NCBI GenBank assembly: GCA_040285825.1
Contig: JAUPSS010000007.1
Location: 2,764,689-2,828,688, forward strand
DNA length: 64,000 nucleotides
Source: Eukaryota sp. TZLM1-RC
Taxonomy: Eukaryota > Protista > Metamonada: BaSk clade
Direction: 5' to 3'
The notes beneath the pieces were generated by a model. The model searched no databases. It was not told the DNA's origin and worked only from the letters and a program-made list of their open reading frames with translations. Numbering within the stretch: the first letter of the stretch is position 1; every line of letters starts with the position of its first letter. A program made the position numbers and the translations under genes. This document shows, piece after piece, positions 58,367-64,000 of the stretch.

Positions 58367-60568
58367 ATGGCATCCAGTTCTATGTTCATGTTTAAAACCC
58401 CTCAGTCCTCTAAAACTCGATCTGCTTCACTTGACACATCTACCCTTCGCAAATCCGCGGGTTCGTACTACATTATCCTCTCTCAATGCAGAACAAGTCC
58501 TACAGCTACAGAGTCAACATCGTATCGTTGCGGAGCAAACTGTATGTCAATATTAAAATGTTTACTTTAGAAAACCAAACTTGCACAGCGTGAGGATCAA
58601 CTGAAGGAACTTTCCACAATTGCTGAATCTCTCGCCTCTGAAAAAGCCAAACTAGCCAGTAAACTCCGCTCCGAACAAGAATCCGCTGATCGTGTCAAAG
58701 TTTCCATCGATACAACCCAAACAATGTGCACCAAGGTGGGAAGTGAAATATCCTCTCTTATTGAAAGAGTTAAACTCAGTGAAGCAACATTTAGTCAAGC
58801 TCAACAGCGGATCTTCAAGTATGATTCATTTATCCAAATCCTTCAGGAAAAAATCAGTAAACTCAACGATTGTATTCTAAAACTTCAAAATGAACTCGAT
58901 ACCTCAAAGAAGGATACAAAGGTGTTACAAGAGCAAGCTGATGCCAGACTACACGAACTTTCGGAAGAAAAAGCACAATTGTCCAACCGAATCAGAAGCA
59001 ATGATGAAAAGATGAAAAGTTTGAATGATGAAATTTCTAGTTTCAAGAGTGATATTGAGAGGTTAAATACCACGATTTCCGATTTGTCCAAAGAAAAAGC
59101 TGATAGCAGTGCTGAAAATGCTAAATTAAGTGCCATTATTGAGGGAAAACAAGATGAAATTGACCATTATACTGAGAAAATCACCAAAATGAACACAAAG
59201 CTCAATGCATTAGAAAACTATTATGCACAAAACCAAGAAACAATTGAACTTTTGAATAAAGAAAAAAGGATTTTGGAAACCAGGATTGGTGAGTTTCAAG
59301 AGGAATCTGCCAAGTTCAAAACTGAAAATAACCAGTTAAATGTCAAATTGGATGAGAAAATGAGCCAATGTCAGCTCTTAATTGACGAAGTTGACCAGCT
59401 AAAGCACAAAATTGCCAGTTTTGAAGATGAAATCCCACAATTGAAAAACTCAAATCATGATAAGGATGTTTTGATTGAAGAGTTGAAGAGCGAAATAGGT
59501 GAAAAACTGGATGAAATTGAGGTACTTTCAAATAAGGTTGCTCAGCTTGAACAGACCATTTGTGACTCTGGTAGCAATAATAATGAACTTTTGGAAAAAA
59601 TCTCCTCTTTGGAAGAAAAAATTATCAATCAAACTGAAAAATTCAAACAAGAAAAGAAGGAGCTGATGCGGAAGAACAAAGAATCTAGCTTCAAAATAGT
59701 TGAAAAATTTGAAGCAGAAATTTCTGCATTGACAGCAAAGATTGATGCTCTCAACTCCTCCAAGGAAGAACAGAAGAAATTAATTAAAGATAAAGAATTT
59801 GAACTACAAGATAAACAAAATGAATGTGCTGATTTGCAGAATGAGTTGGGTTTGTTATCAGGGCAGATTGAAAAACTTAATCACCAATTAGAAGTTAAAA
59901 ATCAAAAAGCTGATGAAAATTCAGGAGAAGTAGCGAGTCTTCAACAAAATTTGGCTCAACTACAAGAACAAAAAGAATTATATAAAGAGCAGCTGGAAAA
60001 GGAACAAGAACTATCAAAGTCAAATATTTCAGAACTAACTCATCTGAAGGAAAGTTTTGAAGAAAAACAATCAAATGAGGCTGTTCTAAATTCCGAATTG
60101 CAGAAGTTAAAATCTGAAAATAGTTCACTGAAGGATGAAATTAATCGTTTACTTCAAAGAAGACCAACGCCTCCAGTATCCACAGTTTTACAATCTCCTG
60201 CTGCTACCAGAAGAAAATCTAAGCGTCTCTCCCAAGAACTTAGTCCTAATGATAGCGATTCCCCTTCGCTACCTCATAGAAAAAGACGGAATATAATAGA
60301 AGAAGAACCAAGTTCGACTCCAGCTGTTGTTTCTTTTGGAACTGATGGAAGAACTCCTAAAAACGTACGTGATGCCGAGAAAACACCAGTTAGAACGTAT
60401 TCAAAACAACCAAAAGTTTCCCTATCAAATATAGTTGAAAATTTATCTCAAACCGCCCCAAAAAAGACTAAAACTCCAAAGTCCACAAAGAGTAAACCCG
60501 GCAAACAAAAGAAGGGTAAATCGAAGAAAGCAGATGATTTGTTTGAAGATGTCTTTGCATTTGGTTGA
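58367..60568 (+). CDS. long coiled-coil protein, ZYP1/SYCP1-like synaptonemal transverse filament candidate; introns 58461-58491 and 58542-58570
   Basis: Two GT-AG introns join exons in frame to ORF 58724..60568. Architecture is a short head, ~550-aa coiled coil, basic S/TP-rich tail and terminal DDLFEDVFAFG. Confidence 0.65.
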
Positions 60569-61825
60569 ATGCATTTGTGTATTATTTAATTCATGTTGGT
60601 AATTGTAGTTTTATTTGTTGAGTATTAATAAACGAATTTTGTCAGTTCTTAATTTGAATAGTATTATAGTATTTGCGAAATTGATCTTCGTTTGTTTTGC
60701 AGTCAATAATCTTGTGCTTAATCTAAAATATTAGTAAAGATGTCCAATGGATTTCAGAGTTGCTCTTACATCACCCTTCTCTTCACGGATTCATTGTTGC
60801 CATGTAGTCATACATTGAGTTGTTAAAGTTGCATTGTTTTTCTCACAATTACCACTATCGCATAATTCAAGTAAATCCACCTTATTCTCTCAGAAAGAAA
60901 CGCATTTTCGCAGTGTCCTTGTTTCTTTAATGAAGTTGTTGTGCAACGTTTCGTCTAACGACTGTTTTCAATTGTTTTTATTTTATGATCTCGGTGAAGG
61001 TGAACTGAATTTATTCAAAGGTAAGGTTATTGTTGGGATCTACCCCAAAGAACATCATGATGAGCAGACTCTTATTCCTAAGGAAAAAGTTTATGTTAAA
61101 ACTCAATCAATGTGCTACTGAGAAGAGTATTGTGTCTGACAGAGCCAATGTCTTCCAATTAGAAAAAAATTTTATGAAGAAAATCAAAACAAATCACCAG
61201 AAATAGTCAAATGAAAATAGAGAAAACTTCAAGAAATTATAGCTGAATTTTAAATTGTTAGTATTTAAATTTTTGAAGTTTGAGCAGAGAAGGTCAGAGA
61301 AAAGAAAACAAATAAACTAAACCCAACGGTCTTGAGGAAGCAGATCATTATTTTTTTCATTATTTTTATTTTGAAACACAAACAAAACAACAAATCAAAA
61401 AACTAGAACTCAATATCCTCAATACATGCATCAACATCATCAAACCTCTTCAATGCGCGATTTTCATACTCTATTCCTAATTGTAGATCATTAATGTCGG
61501 GAAAATTAATATTGATGGGGCAATCCACAATTCACCTACAAATTTCCACTTTGGATATGTAGATTCAGAACCTACACAAATTTAAAACTCTGTTAAGGTA
61601 TCAGCTGATAAATTGTCAGATTTTTCTCGACTATTAATTAGATTGGAAGTAATTCAAACTCCATATTGAAATGAAAGTACTTCACGATCAATTGCTTTGC
61701 CCGATTTACCAAAACCCTCTCTTTAGGCACCACACTCTATACGAATTTATAAACCAATACAATGGTGAGGGTAGTTTGATCTTTTTTTGAAATTTGCACC
61801 TGCATCTCTTCTCTTGGTCAGGACA

Positions 61826-64000
61826 ATGAATCCTCCTCGAGTACCCCAGGAAGCATATTCCTACTTTGTCTCTTTTTGCAAACGCCACAATCTTGATAAC
61901 ACCCTTCAATCGTATCTTTATCTGTATCAGACATTCTCACCACAGCCTCCGTGTTGATGCTAAAATCGAGATCGACTGCAACCACATCGTCTCTCTCATA
62001 AACGCTGCTGAGTTTACCAAGGCCATCCAACTTCTTGAATCTTATTTTCCATCTTCTGCTACCTCCACCACCTATCCTAACATTCACTACGCCATTCTTG
62101 AAATCATCAGCCATGCCATCACAGAGAACGTTAGAAACTCCAACCTAACTCACGCTAAAGATCTCGTCTTCCAGTATCATGAACGTGCTATCTCTGGTGA
62201 GTTTACAGAGGATGTTGCTAATGAAAACCTCAGTCTAATGAACATGGCTGCCCTTGGAGAAGTACCTGATGTGCTCAAATCTGAAACAGGAATACTTCAA
62301 AAACGGCAAACACTTGCTGACGTCATCAAGGAAGCCGTGCAGGTTTCTGCCGTCACTTCTGGTTTATCCATGTCTATTCCAGAACCACAAGAACCCATTG
62401 AGGAAGTGATTGAGAGGGCAAGGGAGCCAAGTATTGCAGGGAAAAGGACTAGCGGAAGTAGACTATCTTTATTTAGTTCTATTGGGCAGAAGTCGTTGCT
62501 CAAAACCAAACTTGGTGAAGGTCCTCTTAAACGACCATTGCTGACGTCACCAGCTCAAAAAATGATGTCGACAGCTCCATCGGCCACGTCACCAGCTCAC
62601 AAACAGATGCCCTCAACTGCTGGCAGTCGTCCAATGGAACCAGTGGAAACGGTAAGTTATCCCAGTCCTCAGCCGTCAATTAAGGAAACAGTTCCTCAAT
62701 CAACCCCCCAATCAGTTTCCCATCAGATCCCCATGATGACGTCACCACAATCAGTGCCACGTGTCAGTCCTGGTATTTCTGAGCCTTCCAAACCTGAAGT
62801 TATTCCTCCAAGGTTTAATTACTATGGTTCTTTATCTCATGTCGGGTGTTCCTTCACCACTGCACATCCGATTAATCCTAACGTCTTTGCTGTTGGTTTT
62901 GCAAATGGTACGGTCGAATTGATCACGCGAGAAGGTCATAAATTGAACAGTTTGATTGATTCCTCGAGAAAATCAGAAATTACTTGCCTGAAATTTTCAC
63001 AAGATGGCCAATATTTGGTGATTGGATCAGCTTCGGGTAGAATGGCAATCAATGAGACTACCAAATTTTCAAATATCTGTGAAGTTTCTGGTCATGATTC
63101 GTCAGTGGTTGACGTCGACATTACCGAACATTATATTTATTCAATTTCTCTTTCAGGAGTTGTTCAATGTCACGATTTTAGTGGTAAATTAATCAATAGC
63201 CAGCAACTAATCCACTCAAAACCAATCAAAATATTGGTCGGTCAAAAAGTGACAATATTTGGAGCTGACACTTCAGTTGTACATTGTGATCTCTTCCTTC
63301 AAAATTTGAGGACTGTTGAACCATTCAGTGAAGGAGGTCAAGTTTTTGATATAGTTTTCATCAATGAGATTTATTTTTCTTTAGTTTTACAAAAAAATTC
63401 CATTTCAGCTGGTCTTTTGCTCGATTTAGATTTCAACATAATCAAAGAAGTTCCTGGAATTGTATTTGATTCTGCTGCCCCTGACAATTCCAAATTTTCA
63501 ATTTACATCAGAGATGATCTCATCTATGTGTCACATTTGACTGGCATAGCACTTTTAGCTCAATCTTCCGAATTTGAAGTTGTCGCGGTCAACATAGTTC
63601 CAGAAATTTCGAATAATCAATTAATGTTTTCTATTTCTGCAAATTCAGACGTAATGTACATCATTGACAGATCACGCGTACTAAATTTTTACTCGAAAGT
63701 AGAGCTCAACCTGCCAAATTTTGAACTTGTCAGTGAGAGAATAATTCCGCCAGCTCCAATCAAAGCTCCTGTATTAGCTCTGCCGAAAGAACCTAAATAC
63801 AAGAAGATTACTAAATGCATTGATCTGCCTCTCACTCACTCAGTCTACTTGATGCGATCAAATGTTCTTTTTACCCTTCACAATAATGAATTACGATATT
63901 GGAGACTTGAAAAAGATGATAATAATGGTTTCACACCTATTTGTAAGTCCAATAACTACTCGTTACCAGAGCAATGCAGCATCTTCACCACCGTACCCAC
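61826..64000 (+). CDS. TOPLESS-like LisH/CTLH + Pro-rich linker + WD40 protein, 3'-truncated by the window; intron 61912-61945
   Basis: Spliced N-terminus PQEAYSYFVSFCKRHNLDNTLQSLRVDAKIEIDCNHIVSLINAAEFTKAIQLL resembles LisH-CTLH. WD-like strands ITCLKFSQDGQYLVIGSASG and SGHDSSVVDVDI follow. Absent from the ORF track, consistent with no stop before base 64000. Confidence 0.7.

Overview
Eukaryotic, AT-rich, gene-dense protist DNA using the standard code. Four very short (28-34 nt) GT-AG introns and a bacterial-type PatB/MalY gene suggest an anaerobic metamonad-like flagellate (inference). Housekeeping genes are ALG13 (3' part), NAA35/MAK10, alpha-SNAP, a Qc-SNARE, AP-3 beta, a MAP2K, CZIB/DUF866, V-ATPase E, coatomer beta', THG1, a ZYP1-like coiled-coil protein and a TOPLESS-like LisH/CTLH/WD40 gene running off the right end. 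They are separated by abundant decayed CRE-like (restriction-like endonuclease) non-LTR retrotransposon fragments. Two LTR elements have identical LTRs and 4-bp TSDs: a full Ty3/Gypsy element with a chromodomain (25522-32926), nested in a non-LTR copy, and an 829-bp TRIM-like element (5542-6370). Both carry a perfect 12-bp palindrome where a tRNA primer-binding site should be. The standout is a Fanzor1-type RNA-guided nuclease locus at 2529-4640. It encodes a ~651-aa protein with an intact RuvC D/E/D triad, zinc finger and NLS, split only by two homopolymer indels. It is followed directly by a strongly structured omegaRNA-like segment with two GNRA-capped hairpins, and lies head-to-head with an MJ1316/DUF504 RNA-end-recognition gene. 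All protein calls come from remembered motifs; no database search was run.
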